Source: Vicinamibacteria bacterium
Lineage (GTDB): Bacteria > Acidobacteriota > Vicinamibacteria > Marinacidobacterales > Marinacidobacteraceae
DNA length: 64,000 nt
Direction: 5' to 3'
NCBI GenBank assembly: GCA_963422395.1
Contig: OY729431.1
Span: 1,568,001-1,632,000 of the forward strand
Made by a program: the position numbers and the translations under genes. Under the pieces are notes generated by a model that ran no database searches, was not told the DNA's origin, and saw only the letters and a program-made list of their open reading frames with translations. Shown in pieces: positions 10,201 to 18,714 of this stretch (positions within the stretch are counted from its first letter, which is position 1; every line of letters begins with the position of its first letter).

Positions 10201-10439
10201 AGGCGCGGGGGCGCGGGCTCTTTCTCGGCTTCGAACTGGTTCGGGACTCCGCCAGCCGCGAACCGGCTCCCCGGGAAGCGCACCGGCTGGTGAACCGGTT
10301 ACGCGAGTTTCGCATCCTGAACAGCACCGACGGCCCCGACGCCAATGTCATCAAGATCAAACCGCCCCTGCCCTTTTCGGCTGCCGATGCCGACCGGTAC
10401 CTAGAGACGCTCGAGTTCGTGCTGAGGGAACAGTTCTGA
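7290..10439 (+). CDS. APH-type phosphotransferase + M23-like + class III aminotransferase fusion (hydroxylysine kinase / phospho-lyase-like)
   Basis: ATG 7290 overlaps the ALDH stop. Kinase motifs IHNDANDDNLL and LLDFGD; M23-like middle (GWPPHLRFQ); AT-III motifs NSGSEAND, ADEVQTGFGRVG, PDIVTLGKPAGNG. Confidence 0.9.
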   Translation: MPDSPTPVRLPFPIDPRDDRPEVTLEAAEDLVQRIWKIDAAASPIPGERDRNFVLRERNGSRFVLKISARSETERRLDFETRLVRSARRQDPALRLPELLPTAAGEDRIRRRFGDSLHHIRLFRYLEGVPISSFRRRPPALLDSIGRFLGRLQNAIAAAETPNPEASNPAAREPGPPRPDTPNIPWALPHAERVIREAAAVLPAGPERGLYQRLADSMIGELPQLLALPSTPIHNDANDDNLLLISGEPEAAGPEDLILLDFGDALAAPAVVEAATAALYASGTAPDPIGAAALVLKGFADEHPVTGEEAALFRTAIGVRALVSAGVAALRREAAEPTPPEPYLLTSEDGVWHFLRTLEAETPAVADGRFRLASGHDPLPGAAARRTAIRRAAAEAAPPIRWSGGGVRWLDLTPASPTVDPAAPGEALARAAAAARKAGATAIGRTGEARFPETAPTEADPAPARNPSADPRTIELGIEVFAPSGTLVTAALDGAVASVGEDSAPWGSSLAVRIHHQVGTAELWTRYRHLARDGLKALRPGDPVRRGEPLGALAEPPAKSGWPPHLRFQLLAADLGNRPPGRCTPGDFPLFRALCPDPSPFLGLDDSAAAAGDCGEEVSALRKARRRHLSGVLSLSYDDPIQVVRGRGARLYDAAGRDYLDMVNNVCHVGHSHPQVAGAIARQAGLLNTNTRYLYRELTDYAERLAATLPDPLEVVFLTNSGSEANDLALRIARTRLGTRKTLVFESGYHGNLTSLIEVSPYKLDGSGGAPGPRWLHRLPMPCSFRSPFRGHYREAAPGFREALIADAERRIHDCGPAAFLGEAILGCGGQIVPPPGYLGALYRAVHDAGGVVVADEVQTGFGRVGPDFWAFLAVQDDGDPVIPDIVTLGKPAGNGHPLGAVVTTRELARSFETGMEYFNTFGGNPVSCAAGLAVLEVIRDEGLAAHAEAVGTRLLCGLDELANRYPIVGQARGRGLFLGFELVRDSASREPAPREAHRLVNRLREFRILNSTDGPDANVIKIKPPLPFSAADADRYLETLEFVLREQF

Positions 10440-11188
10440 GACCCACCCCACACGACGGCCTTCCCGAGCCGGGCCCCGACGAGAAGCGGAAACCGGCTGC
10501 AGATCTGAGCCTCGTAGAGGTGCCGCCCGCCGGGGAGCACCGGGCGACGGTCTTCTGGCTCCACGGGCTCGGCGCCGACGGGCACGACTTCCTTCCCATC
10601 CTTCCCGCCCTCCGGCTGTCGGACAGCCTCGGGGTCCGTTTCGTCTTTCCCGAAGCACCCTTCCGCCCGGTGACGATCAACGGGGGCATGGTGATGCGCG
10701 CCTGGTACGACATCGAGGCGTTGTCCCGTGAAGGGCACGCCCATCGGGATCACCTCGCTGCCGCCGTCATCGGTATCCGGGGACTGATCGAGCAGGAGCA
10801 GGCTCGGGGTATCCCGCCGGAACGAATGGTGCTCGCCGGCTTTTCCCAGGGCGGCGCCGTCGCACTCCAGACCGCGGCGGGCGAGGGGCCGGACGAAGAG
10901 GCGCCGCCGCGGCTCGGCGGGGTGCTGGCTATGTCGTGCTACCTCCCTTTCCCCGAACGGGTGGTTCTCGCCGGCGAGCATGCTGCCCCGGTGTTCCAGG
11001 CGCACGGCTCGACCGACGACATCGTGCCGCTCCCCCTCGGGATTCGGTCGCGCGAGGTGCTGCGAACTGCGGGTTGGGAGGTGGATTTCAGGACCTACTC
11101 GATGGGCCACCAGATCTCGGAAGCCGAAATCCGGGATGGGGGTCTCTTCCTGAGGCGGGTTCTGTCCGCTGGCTCGGGCGCCCGGTGA
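10436..11188 (+). CDS. Phospholipase/carboxylesterase (alpha/beta hydrolase)
   Basis: WLHGLGADGHDF, VTINGGMVMRAWYDI, GFSQGG nucleophile, HGSTDDIVP, MGH; start codon uncertain. Confidence 0.9.
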   Translation: MRPTPHDGLPEPGPDEKRKPAADLSLVEVPPAGEHRATVFWLHGLGADGHDFLPILPALRLSDSLGVRFVFPEAPFRPVTINGGMVMRAWYDIEALSREGHAHRDHLAAAVIGIRGLIEQEQARGIPPERMVLAGFSQGGAVALQTAAGEGPDEEAPPRLGGVLAMSCYLPFPERVVLAGEHAAPVFQAHGSTDDIVPLPLGIRSREVLRTAGWEVDFRTYSMGHQISEAEIRDGGLFLRRVLSAGSGAR

Positions 11189-12189
11189 ACGATCCCCGAA
11201 CTCCGGTCAGCCTGATCACCGGCGCCAGCGGCGAGATCGGCACCGCGCTGCTCCGCCGCCTGGTCGAGGAACGCGGGGAAACGGTGGTGACAGTGGATCT
11301 TCGGCCGCTGCCATCCGCTGCGGAGGGCGGGCTTCCTCTGGAGCATTACCGGGGGGACATCCTCGACGACGCACTTTGGGAGGCTCTCTACCGCCGTTAT
11401 CGTCCTACCCTCGTCTTTCACCTCGCGGCGGTCCTCTCGACCCGCGCCGAAGAGGTCCCGCACCGGGCGCACCGAGTAAACGCCGAGGGCGCCGCCCGCC
11501 TGCTCCAGCTCGCCGAAGAAAATGCCGACGGCCGAGCGGTTCGTTTCGTCTTCCCTAGCTCGATCGCAGTGTACGGCCTGCCCTCGCACGGCGAGAAGGC
11601 GGCCGCAGCCCCGGTGGGGGAAGACGAGCATCGGGATCCGGCGACCCTCTACGGCGCCCAAAAGCTCTACATCGAACAGCTCGGAGCGGCGCTCGACCGG
11701 CGCGGCCGGCTCGATTTTCGGGCGGTGCGCCTGCCCGGCCTCATCTCCGCCGACACCCTGCCCCAGGGAGGCACCAGCGACTGGGCGCCGGAACTCGTCC
11801 ACGCCGCGGCGCGCGGCGAGCCGTACGACTGCTTCGTGAAGGAAGACGCGCGGCTCCCCTTCTGCGCCATGCCGGATGCGATCCGGGGCATCCTGCAGCT
11901 CGCTTTTCGCGAGAAGAAAGCGCTTACGCGCACCGCCTACAACCTCGGCGGCCCCAGCCTCTCGGCAGCCGAAATCATCGCCCGGGTCCAAAGGGACTAT
12001 CCCGATCTCGAAATCCGTTTCCGGCTCGACGCGTTTCGGGACCGGATCGTGGCCAGCTGGCCAGCTGCAGTGGACGATCGGGCGGCCCGGCGCGATTTCG
12101 CCTTCATGCCGGAGCACGATCGAGAGACCCTTTTCTCCCGCTATCTCATCCCGGGCATTCGGCGCCGTTATCGGAAAGGAGGTCGGTAG
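11185..12189 (+). CDS. Extended SDR, L-threonine 3-dehydrogenase-like NAD-dependent epimerase/dehydratase
   Basis: GASGEIG, HLAAVLS, FPSSIAVYG, YGAQK, GGTSDWA, MPDAI, ASWP motifs; GTG 11185 overlaps the upstream stop. Confidence 0.8.
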   Translation: MNDPRTPVSLITGASGEIGTALLRRLVEERGETVVTVDLRPLPSAAEGGLPLEHYRGDILDDALWEALYRRYRPTLVFHLAAVLSTRAEEVPHRAHRVNAEGAARLLQLAEENADGRAVRFVFPSSIAVYGLPSHGEKAAAAPVGEDEHRDPATLYGAQKLYIEQLGAALDRRGRLDFRAVRLPGLISADTLPQGGTSDWAPELVHAAARGEPYDCFVKEDARLPFCAMPDAIRGILQLAFREKKALTRTAYNLGGPSLSAAEIIARVQRDYPDLEIRFRLDAFRDRIVASWPAAVDDRAARRDFAFMPEHDRETLFSRYLIPGIRRRYRKGGR

Positions 12190-12275
12190 CGATGGGTTCT
12201 GGCAGCTCGAGGGGCAACCCCCACCGTTCGGCACCCGAACGCGACACCGGGCGCGAGCGGCCGTACACTTCCCGG

Positions 12276-13049
12276 ATGAGCCGTGAGCCCCGATCTCCCT
12301 TCTGGTCCGGCGTCCTCTCACCGCTGCTCGCCGCCGCGCTAGGCGCCGCGGTCTATGTCGGACTGACCCGGCTGAGTGCCGATCCGGACGCCGACTATCT
12401 CTTTCGACTGGGGATGGTCGCGTTCGCGATGCTGCTTCCTCCGGCATTCGCCCTCCGAGCCGCAGTCCGGACCCACCGGTCGCGAGGGCTCTCCTGGACC
12501 GGCTGGGTCGGCGCCGGAGTGGCGCTCGCTTCGCTCCTGCTCGTCACCGTCCCGATCGGCGGCGCGCTGCGGCGAGCCCGGCAAGCAGCCAATCTCGCCC
12601 TTTCCGGAGTCGCCGCCCCCGAATTCTTGGCGCGCGACCTGGACGGACGGGTTCACCGGCTCTCCGAGCATCGCGGGTCGGTAGTGCTCGTGAACATCTG
12701 GGCCACCTGGTGCCCGCCCTGCCGGGCGGAGATGCCCGAACTGGACCGCTTGGCTCGCGAGCGGGGGGAGGACGGGCTCCGGGTGTTCGGGATTTCGACC
12801 GAAGACGAAGCGACCCAACGAAACTTCCGCAGCAGCGTGCTGTCGGTGGGCTATCCGCTCCTGTTGCCCGGAGCACTGCCGGCCGGTGTGATGCCGGAGA
12901 TCTTCACCGAGACCGCCCGTTATCCGGCGAATTTCCTGATCGACCGGGATGGCTTGCTGCACCCGGCGCCGAGCACCGACCAGCCCTTCGCCGTTCTCGA
13001 AGCCGAGGTGGACAGGTTCCTGGACTCACCGCCCGCGGCGGCACTCTGA
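12276..13049 (+). CDS. Membrane-anchored TlpA/ResA-family disulfide reductase
   Basis: Three N-terminal TM segments; NIWATWCPPCRAEMP; YPANFLIDRDG. Confidence 0.85.
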   Translation: MSREPRSPFWSGVLSPLLAAALGAAVYVGLTRLSADPDADYLFRLGMVAFAMLLPPAFALRAAVRTHRSRGLSWTGWVGAGVALASLLLVTVPIGGALRRARQAANLALSGVAAPEFLARDLDGRVHRLSEHRGSVVLVNIWATWCPPCRAEMPELDRLARERGEDGLRVFGISTEDEATQRNFRSSVLSVGYPLLLPGALPAGVMPEIFTETARYPANFLIDRDGLLHPAPSTDQPFAVLEAEVDRFLDSPPAAAL

Positions 13050-13066
13050 TCAAGCGGCGCAGACTG

Positions 13067-13243
13067 CTAGCAGTCTGTGGATAAAGTGGCGCGAGCCCCA
13101 AGATCGGGGAGGCGCCCGGCGGACAAGGCGTGATTCGGGAGGCATACCGGGCGTATTCCGACGGAATCGCAACGCCGAGCAAAGCGTTCAGCCGGGATGC
13201 ATCGCCGATCGACGGCCGTGTGACTTTGTCCACAGACTGCTAG
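13067..13243. mobile_element. Non-autonomous MITE, 169 bp (13071-13239), 17-bp terminal inverted repeats, CTAG target duplication
   Basis: Left CTAG|CAGTCTGTGGATAAAGT, right ACTTTGTCCACAGACTG|CTAG (one mismatch); no coding capacity; internal hairpin gattc...gaatc. Confidence 0.85.
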
Positions 13244-14703
13244 GGCTCGCGGGAGCCGAAACCGAGGGCCATGATCGAAGGAACGGCGATGCCGTTCAGA
13301 GTGGCCGGGCTGAAGCGGCCGCGCACCAGCGAGATCATCGTCTGGTGGGTGCGGCTCGAACTCTCGGGATTGAAATGCGCTGACTTCACCGCTCCGCGGT
13401 GGTCTATCAGCACCATCACGCCGTCCCCCGCAGACGAGCGCCGCGATCCGCCCCGGTCGCGCAGCGGGGTGGGGGTGCTTCGCAGCACCGGCGGCTCGTA
13501 TTGGACCTCGGGGTCGGCACCCGCCCGCACCGCGAGCAGGAAGGGGGCGAGGTCATGCATCAGATAATCGAAATCGGTTTCGAATGCGACCTCGAACGCT
13601 TCCTGCGACATTTCCAGATCGGTGCGGAGCGCGTAGAGATAGCCGAGTTGCAGGTGGGCCTCGGCATCCCGAGGCCGAAGATCGAGCAGAGCCCGATACA
13701 GGCTTTCGGTGTCTTCGAGATCGCCGTTGAGGGAGTGGGAACGCGCGAGGAGACGAAGGGCGCGGAGATTCGTCGGATCCAGTAGCAGCACCTCTCCGAG
13801 CTCTTCGATAGCGAGTTCGAGATCCCGAGCACCGAGATGGGACTCTCCGATCAACAGCCGCACCTCGTTCCGCTGGTGGTCGGAGACGGGCATGAAGGTC
13901 GAGAGCCAGTTGATCGCCTGATCGAACTTTCCGTCCTCGATGTAGCGCCGGGCCTGCCGGATGGGGTCCTCCATGCCGACGACCATTTCGAGCGGCGGGT
14001 CGGGCCGCGTCGGCCGCAGCATGAAGTGCCGCTGCGGAACCACCGCCTGTTCGCTCAGGCTGCCGGAGAGCACCGGGTAGGCCGACGACAGCCGCTCCAT
14101 CGCCACCTCGAAGTCATCGAGCACCCGGAGTTTCTGCCCCTCGTACACCATGCCCCTCCGCTCGGCACCGGCCCGGATGGTCCCGATGTACACCGGACGG
14201 TCCGAGGGCACCGAGATGAGGGTTTCCCCCTGCTCGTGCGCCTGCGGCGACACGGTGAAGCGCTGCCGGATCGGGCGGAACCGCCGCACATTCAGCGGGC
14301 GGATGTTCGGGAAATAGACCGCCTCGACGGCCTCGACATCGTAAACGCCGGGCAGCACCAGTTCGGCGATCAGTCCCAGCCCATCGTCGATGGCGAGCGT
14401 TTGCCGGTTACCGGTGTCCCGATGCCGAAGCACGATCCGCCGCGAACGGAAGTCCGGACTCTCGAACTTGCCGACGAAACGGCCGATGACGAGGGACTTG
14501 CCGTCGCGCTGCACCTCGGACCACACCGATCCGCGCGAGGGGGGTTCGGCGCGGGCGACGCCGACCGTGAGAACCGCTGCCCCGAAGCCCGCGGAAAGCG
14601 TCCAGGAAAAGCGAGCGCGCCGGAGAAAGCGGCCGATGACGGGAAGAAAAGGAACGACGCCAGACACATCCGGGATGGTCTCACCCTTCTCCGCGCCGTT
14701 CAA
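13240..14703 (-). CDS. Exported TPR-repeat protein with a TonB C-terminal-like tail
   Basis: Central TPR helices (RLLIGESHL, EAHLQLGYLYA); C-terminal VLIDHRGAV...FSPATLNGIAV; start uncertain. Confidence 0.65.
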   Translation of the reverse strand: MNGAEKGETIPDVSGVVPFLPVIGRFLRRARFSWTLSAGFGAAVLTVGVARAEPPSRGSVWSEVQRDGKSLVIGRFVGKFESPDFRSRRIVLRHRDTGNRQTLAIDDGLGLIAELVLPGVYDVEAVEAVYFPNIRPLNVRRFRPIRQRFTVSPQAHEQGETLISVPSDRPVYIGTIRAGAERRGMVYEGQKLRVLDDFEVAMERLSSAYPVLSGSLSEQAVVPQRHFMLRPTRPDPPLEMVVGMEDPIRQARRYIEDGKFDQAINWLSTFMPVSDHQRNEVRLLIGESHLGARDLELAIEELGEVLLLDPTNLRALRLLARSHSLNGDLEDTESLYRALLDLRPRDAEAHLQLGYLYALRTDLEMSQEAFEVAFETDFDYLMHDLAPFLLAVRAGADPEVQYEPPVLRSTPTPLRDRGGSRRSSAGDGVMVLIDHRGAVKSAHFNPESSSRTHQTMISLVRGRFSPATLNGIAVPSIMALGFGSREP

Positions 14704-14762
14704 CCGGACCTCGCATTCGGTCGGCGGAGACCGGAACGCACCCCTTCCCTTCGGGGCTCGAC

Positions 14763-16067
14763 TCAGGAGGCAGGGCCGCCCGGTGCGGTGCGGGCTTCCA
14801 GGCGATACAACGCGAGGCGCGCGCGATCGGCGACCTCCCGATCAGGGTCCTCGACTGCTGCAGTGAGCCCCGGAATGGCCTCCCGATCTCCGATGCGCTC
14901 CAGGAGCGCGATGAGTTCGAGCCGCACTTCCCGGTCTGGATCTTCGAGATAGCGGACGAATTCGGCGAGCATCGCGGAGCCGAGCTCGAGCGCATACTGC
15001 CGGGCCACTTCGCCGACTCCACTGTCGCCGAGGGAAAGGACGATCCGGTCCACGAAGGGCGCCTGCCCCAGCCGCGCCAGCGAGAAACAGAAGGCGAGCT
15101 GTGCCCGACGATCCTCTTCGCGGAGAAAATCACGAATCAATCCGTCCACCAGCGAAGGATCGTCGAGCCGGCCGATTCCCTCGGCCGCCAACTCCCGCCG
15201 TCGGGCTTCCCGGCTTCCGAGCTCATGGTAGAAGGTGCCTCGGGCGCCTGGATGGCCCATCCGCGCGAGCGACTCCAGCGCGTCGCGGCCGGTCCTGCTC
15301 CCCGGATCTTCGTCGTACACCGCGAGCAGCGCCGAACCGGCAGGCCGGTACGCCATCACTCCCAAGGCCCGCACCGCCTCGGCACGCAGTCCGGGAGATG
15401 GAAGCAGGGCGAGCAGGATCTCTCCCGCTTCGTCCGTGCCCACCGAACCGAGTGCCCGCACCGACTCCTGCTGCACGCCCTCGTCGGGGTCCACCTCGGC
15501 GGCGCGCCGCAAGATGTCGGCCGCATCGCTCGCTCTGAGATCGCCGAGCGCTTCAGCGGCGAGGCGGCGGATTGCGGCTTCTTCGTCGCTGAGGCGGCCG
15601 CCGAGCGCCTCGGTGATTCCCGGGGCGACCGGACGCATCGGGTCGAGCACGAAAACCTCCTCGCGGCGGAGCAGCCAGTTCATGGCGCGCTCCCCGCGCC
15701 CGGCGATCGGATCGAGGCTGTGCATCTCGACGAGCCCGCGGATGGCGTCGCGGCGGTGATCCCGTTCCTCGTCCTCCAGAAAGGCGGCGAGGCCGGACGC
15801 GGTATCGGGCCGCCTTCGGGAGATGAGCGCATCCAGCACGGTACGCCGCACCTGCAGGTCCGGATCCTGCGCGGCGTCGGAGAGCACGGTGATCGCCGCT
15901 GTCGATCCGTCCTCGCCGAGGGCTCGCGCGGCCTCCCGCCGCGTGCGCGGATCGTCGCTCTCGATGCGGCTGGCCAACTCTTCAACGCTCGGCTGGAGGG
16001 CGGCAGCCGCCGCCGGACCGGCGAGCAACGCGGTGACGAGCCAGAAGCCCGCGCAGCGCCGGGGCAT
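14763..16067 (-). CDS. Secreted HEAT-repeat protein
   Basis: Signal peptide; repeated D.D..VR..A..ALG motifs. Confidence 0.85.
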   Translation of the reverse strand: MPRRCAGFWLVTALLAGPAAAAALQPSVEELASRIESDDPRTRREAARALGEDGSTAAITVLSDAAQDPDLQVRRTVLDALISRRRPDTASGLAAFLEDEERDHRRDAIRGLVEMHSLDPIAGRGERAMNWLLRREEVFVLDPMRPVAPGITEALGGRLSDEEAAIRRLAAEALGDLRASDAADILRRAAEVDPDEGVQQESVRALGSVGTDEAGEILLALLPSPGLRAEAVRALGVMAYRPAGSALLAVYDEDPGSRTGRDALESLARMGHPGARGTFYHELGSREARRRELAAEGIGRLDDPSLVDGLIRDFLREEDRRAQLAFCFSLARLGQAPFVDRIVLSLGDSGVGEVARQYALELGSAMLAEFVRYLEDPDREVRLELIALLERIGDREAIPGLTAAVEDPDREVADRARLALYRLEARTAPGGPAS

Positions 16068-16077
16068 CGGTCTCCCG

Positions 16078-17766
16078 CTACCTTTCGGAGGGGCTTCCGG
16101 CAGCGCCGTCCGTGCCGGCGAGATACGCCTCGGGATCTTGCAGCAAGAGCGCCGCCTGGGACATGGAGGTGAGCGCGGCGGCGATCTGCGGATCCCGACT
16201 CATGGTCGCGCGCCGGGCGGGCCCCGGACCCCAGAGCAGGCTGAACACTTCGCCGTCGATCCGCAGCGCCAGGCGATCCCGCTGTTCCCCGAGCGCTTCG
16301 GAGTCATGAGGGATCCGCTCCTCGGTCAGGAAGTCGAGGAATTCGGAAAGAGTGTCGGTGTCGGTGCGGAAACTCTGGTCCACCGCGCGGATCCGATCTC
16401 CCCGCGCCGAGAGCTCGTCAGGGCGTTTTCCGGCTCCGTCCACCGCCCCCCGGGCGTCTGCGGGAACGAACCGGGTGGCGAACCGGAAGAAGGCGCCGTG
16501 CTGTTCGAGGGGTGCCAGCGCTTCCGACAATTCGGGCGCGGCCACTTCGATGTCCGGCGCGATACCGCCGCCTCCACGGATCTCCCTCCCGATCCCGGTG
16601 AGCACTACGGTGCCGGCCTCGTCGTTCGAGTCCCGCTCACCGCGTTCCCGGTAGTACTCGAGAAAATCCCCAGACCCGTAGTCACGCTGCAGTCGGCGCC
16701 CGCTGGGCGTGAAGTACTCCGCCGAGGTCAGTCCGAGCGCGTAGCCGTGGGGCAACTGGAATACCGACTGGACCAAGCCCTTGCCATAGGTGTTCTCGCC
16801 GAGGATGAGGCCGCGGTCGTGATCCTGGATCGCGCCGGCGACGATCTCCGACGCGGAAGCGCTTTCGCGTGAGACCAACACGATGAGCGGGAGGTCGGCA
16901 TGCAGGCTCGGGTTCTCTGCGTAGTAGATCTGGTCGTTCTCCGAATGCCGCCCCCGGATCGAGACCACTTCCTCGTGCTGTTTCAAGAAGACATTCGTGA
17001 CCGCCACCGCCTGATCGAGCAGCCCTCCCGGGTTGTGCCGGAGATCCACGAGAAGCTGCGCCGCACCGTTCAGGCGCAGTTCGACGATCGCCTCTCCGAG
17101 TTCGCTTTCGGTCTTCTCGTTGAAGTCGGAGATCCGCACATATCCGGTTTTCGGGGAACCGGCGGGCCCATCGAGCACGAAGAAGTAGGGCACGCTCTTC
17201 AGCGGGATGCGATCACGGATCACGGTGAAGTCGAGGGGCTCGTCGTACCCCGGGCGGGTGATGGTGATGCTGACCGGCGTCCCTCGGGGGCCGCGGAGCA
17301 GGTTCACCGCCTCGTCCATCGTGTACTGGGTGGCGTCTTCGCCCTCGATCCGGGAAATCACATCGCCGGCGCGGATCCCCAAACGATAGGCGGGAGTCCC
17401 CTCGAAAGGCGAAACGACGGTCAGCAGTCCGTTCTGCTGTTGCACCCGAATGCCGAGGCCGACATAGCCGCCCTGCTGCCGTTCCCGCATCTGGCGGTAG
17501 TTCCGCGGCACGAATAGGTTGGAATGGGGATCGAGGGTAGCGAGCATTCCCGAGACCGTGGCCCGGGCGAGGACCTCGGGATCGATCTCGCGCACATAGG
17601 CGGTCTGGATGGTGCGGATGACATTCGAATGGCGCTGGAGCAGGGCGCGGTAGGAATCCCTCGGCGCCAGCCCGCGGGCCGGCTGCACTCCCAAAACGGC
17701 GCCCAACACCGCCGCCCCGACGAGCAGCGGCAGGAGGAAGGGCACGACGGCGACGCGGGCTCTCAT
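16078..17766 (-). CDS. ctpA: S41 family carboxy-terminal processing protease with PDZ domain
   Basis: LDPHS, GLGI (PDZ), DLRHNPGGLL, SASASEIVAGAIQD, GENTYGKGLVQ. Confidence 0.92.
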   Translation of the reverse strand: MRARVAVVPFLLPLLVGAAVLGAVLGVQPARGLAPRDSYRALLQRHSNVIRTIQTAYVREIDPEVLARATVSGMLATLDPHSNLFVPRNYRQMRERQQGGYVGLGIRVQQQNGLLTVVSPFEGTPAYRLGIRAGDVISRIEGEDATQYTMDEAVNLLRGPRGTPVSITITRPGYDEPLDFTVIRDRIPLKSVPYFFVLDGPAGSPKTGYVRISDFNEKTESELGEAIVELRLNGAAQLLVDLRHNPGGLLDQAVAVTNVFLKQHEEVVSIRGRHSENDQIYYAENPSLHADLPLIVLVSRESASASEIVAGAIQDHDRGLILGENTYGKGLVQSVFQLPHGYALGLTSAEYFTPSGRRLQRDYGSGDFLEYYRERGERDSNDEAGTVVLTGIGREIRGGGGIAPDIEVAAPELSEALAPLEQHGAFFRFATRFVPADARGAVDGAGKRPDELSARGDRIRAVDQSFRTDTDTLSEFLDFLTEERIPHDSEALGEQRDRLALRIDGEVFSLLWGPGPARRATMSRDPQIAAALTSMSQAALLLQDPEAYLAGTDGAAGSPSER

Positions 17767-17778
17767 CGATTCGGAACT

Positions 17779-17843
17779 CTAGCAGTCTGTGGATGAAGTG
17801 GCGCGAGCCGCCGAGAGCGGTCCGGTTCTCCCGGTGGACGGCG
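17779..17843 (+). repeat. Orphan left end of the CTAG MITE family between tatC and ctpA
   Basis: CTAGCAGTCTGTGGATGAAGTGGCGCGAGCC matches 13067-13097 with one mismatch; no right end nearby. Confidence 0.8.
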
Positions 17844-17846
17844 CCG

Positions 17847-18644
17847 CTACTCCTTCTTCTGCGCCCGCTTCTGCGCCCGTCGGCGCATCCGGTTGCCGAT
17901 CCAGGCGATCCCGATGGAGAGGGCGTAGATCGCGACCATCGGGCCCGCCAGCAATATCTGGGTCACGGGGTCGGGCGGGGTCAGGAGCGCCGCCAGCACG
18001 AAGATGGACAGAATGGCGTATTGGAAGTACCGCAGGAGGAAACGCGGCGTCAAGATCCCCACTCGGGAGAGCAGCAGCGCGAGCGACGGAATCTGGAACA
18101 CCACCGCCGTTCCGAGGACGAGCTTGGAGTAGTAGCTGAAAACCTCGGAAATCGTGTACCTGATCTCGATATCGTCCCCGCCGCCGCCGAAAGTACCGAA
18201 GAAGTCCGTTGCCGCCGGAAACAGGACATAGTGGCAAAAGGCCGCTCCCGCGAAGAAGAAGATCGAGCCCACCAGGACGAAGGGCACTGCCAGCCGGCGC
18301 TCATGCCGGTACAACCCGGGAGCCACGAACCCCCACACTTGGGAGAGCCAGGCCGGGGCGGAAACCAGGATCGCCACCAGAAAGCTCATCTTGATCCCGA
18401 CCATGAAGATCTCGGGAGGAGCCGTGGCGATGAGCTCGCCCCCGTACGGCTCGATGACTGCCCGGAGCGGCCGCATCAGAAAGTCGAAGATCTGCTCGTA
18501 GAAGAAGAAGCATCCGGCGAACGCGATCAGGACCGCGAGCACCGCCCGGATCAGTCGGCGGCGCAGCTCGTCGAGATGCTCCAGAAAGGTCATCCGGTCT
18601 GCCGCCTCGCCGGAGGAGGCGCCCGCCCCTTCCGATTCCCTCAC
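17847..18644 (-). CDS. tatC: Twin-arginine translocase subunit TatC
   Basis: MTFLEHLDELRRRL, FVAPGLYRHE, LTPPDPVTQILLA. Confidence 0.97.
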   Translation of the reverse strand: MRESEGAGASSGEAADRMTFLEHLDELRRRLIRAVLAVLIAFAGCFFFYEQIFDFLMRPLRAVIEPYGGELIATAPPEIFMVGIKMSFLVAILVSAPAWLSQVWGFVAPGLYRHERRLAVPFVLVGSIFFFAGAAFCHYVLFPAATDFFGTFGGGGDDIEIRYTISEVFSYYSKLVLGTAVVFQIPSLALLLSRVGILTPRFLLRYFQYAILSIFVLAALLTPPDPVTQILLAGPMVAIYALSIGIAWIGNRMRRRAQKRAQKKE

Positions 18645-18714
18645 GCTTCCTCACTCACAGTTCGACGCGCAGGATGGGCCGGATGCAGGGCGGACCGGAT
18701 GCAGGACGCGCTGC

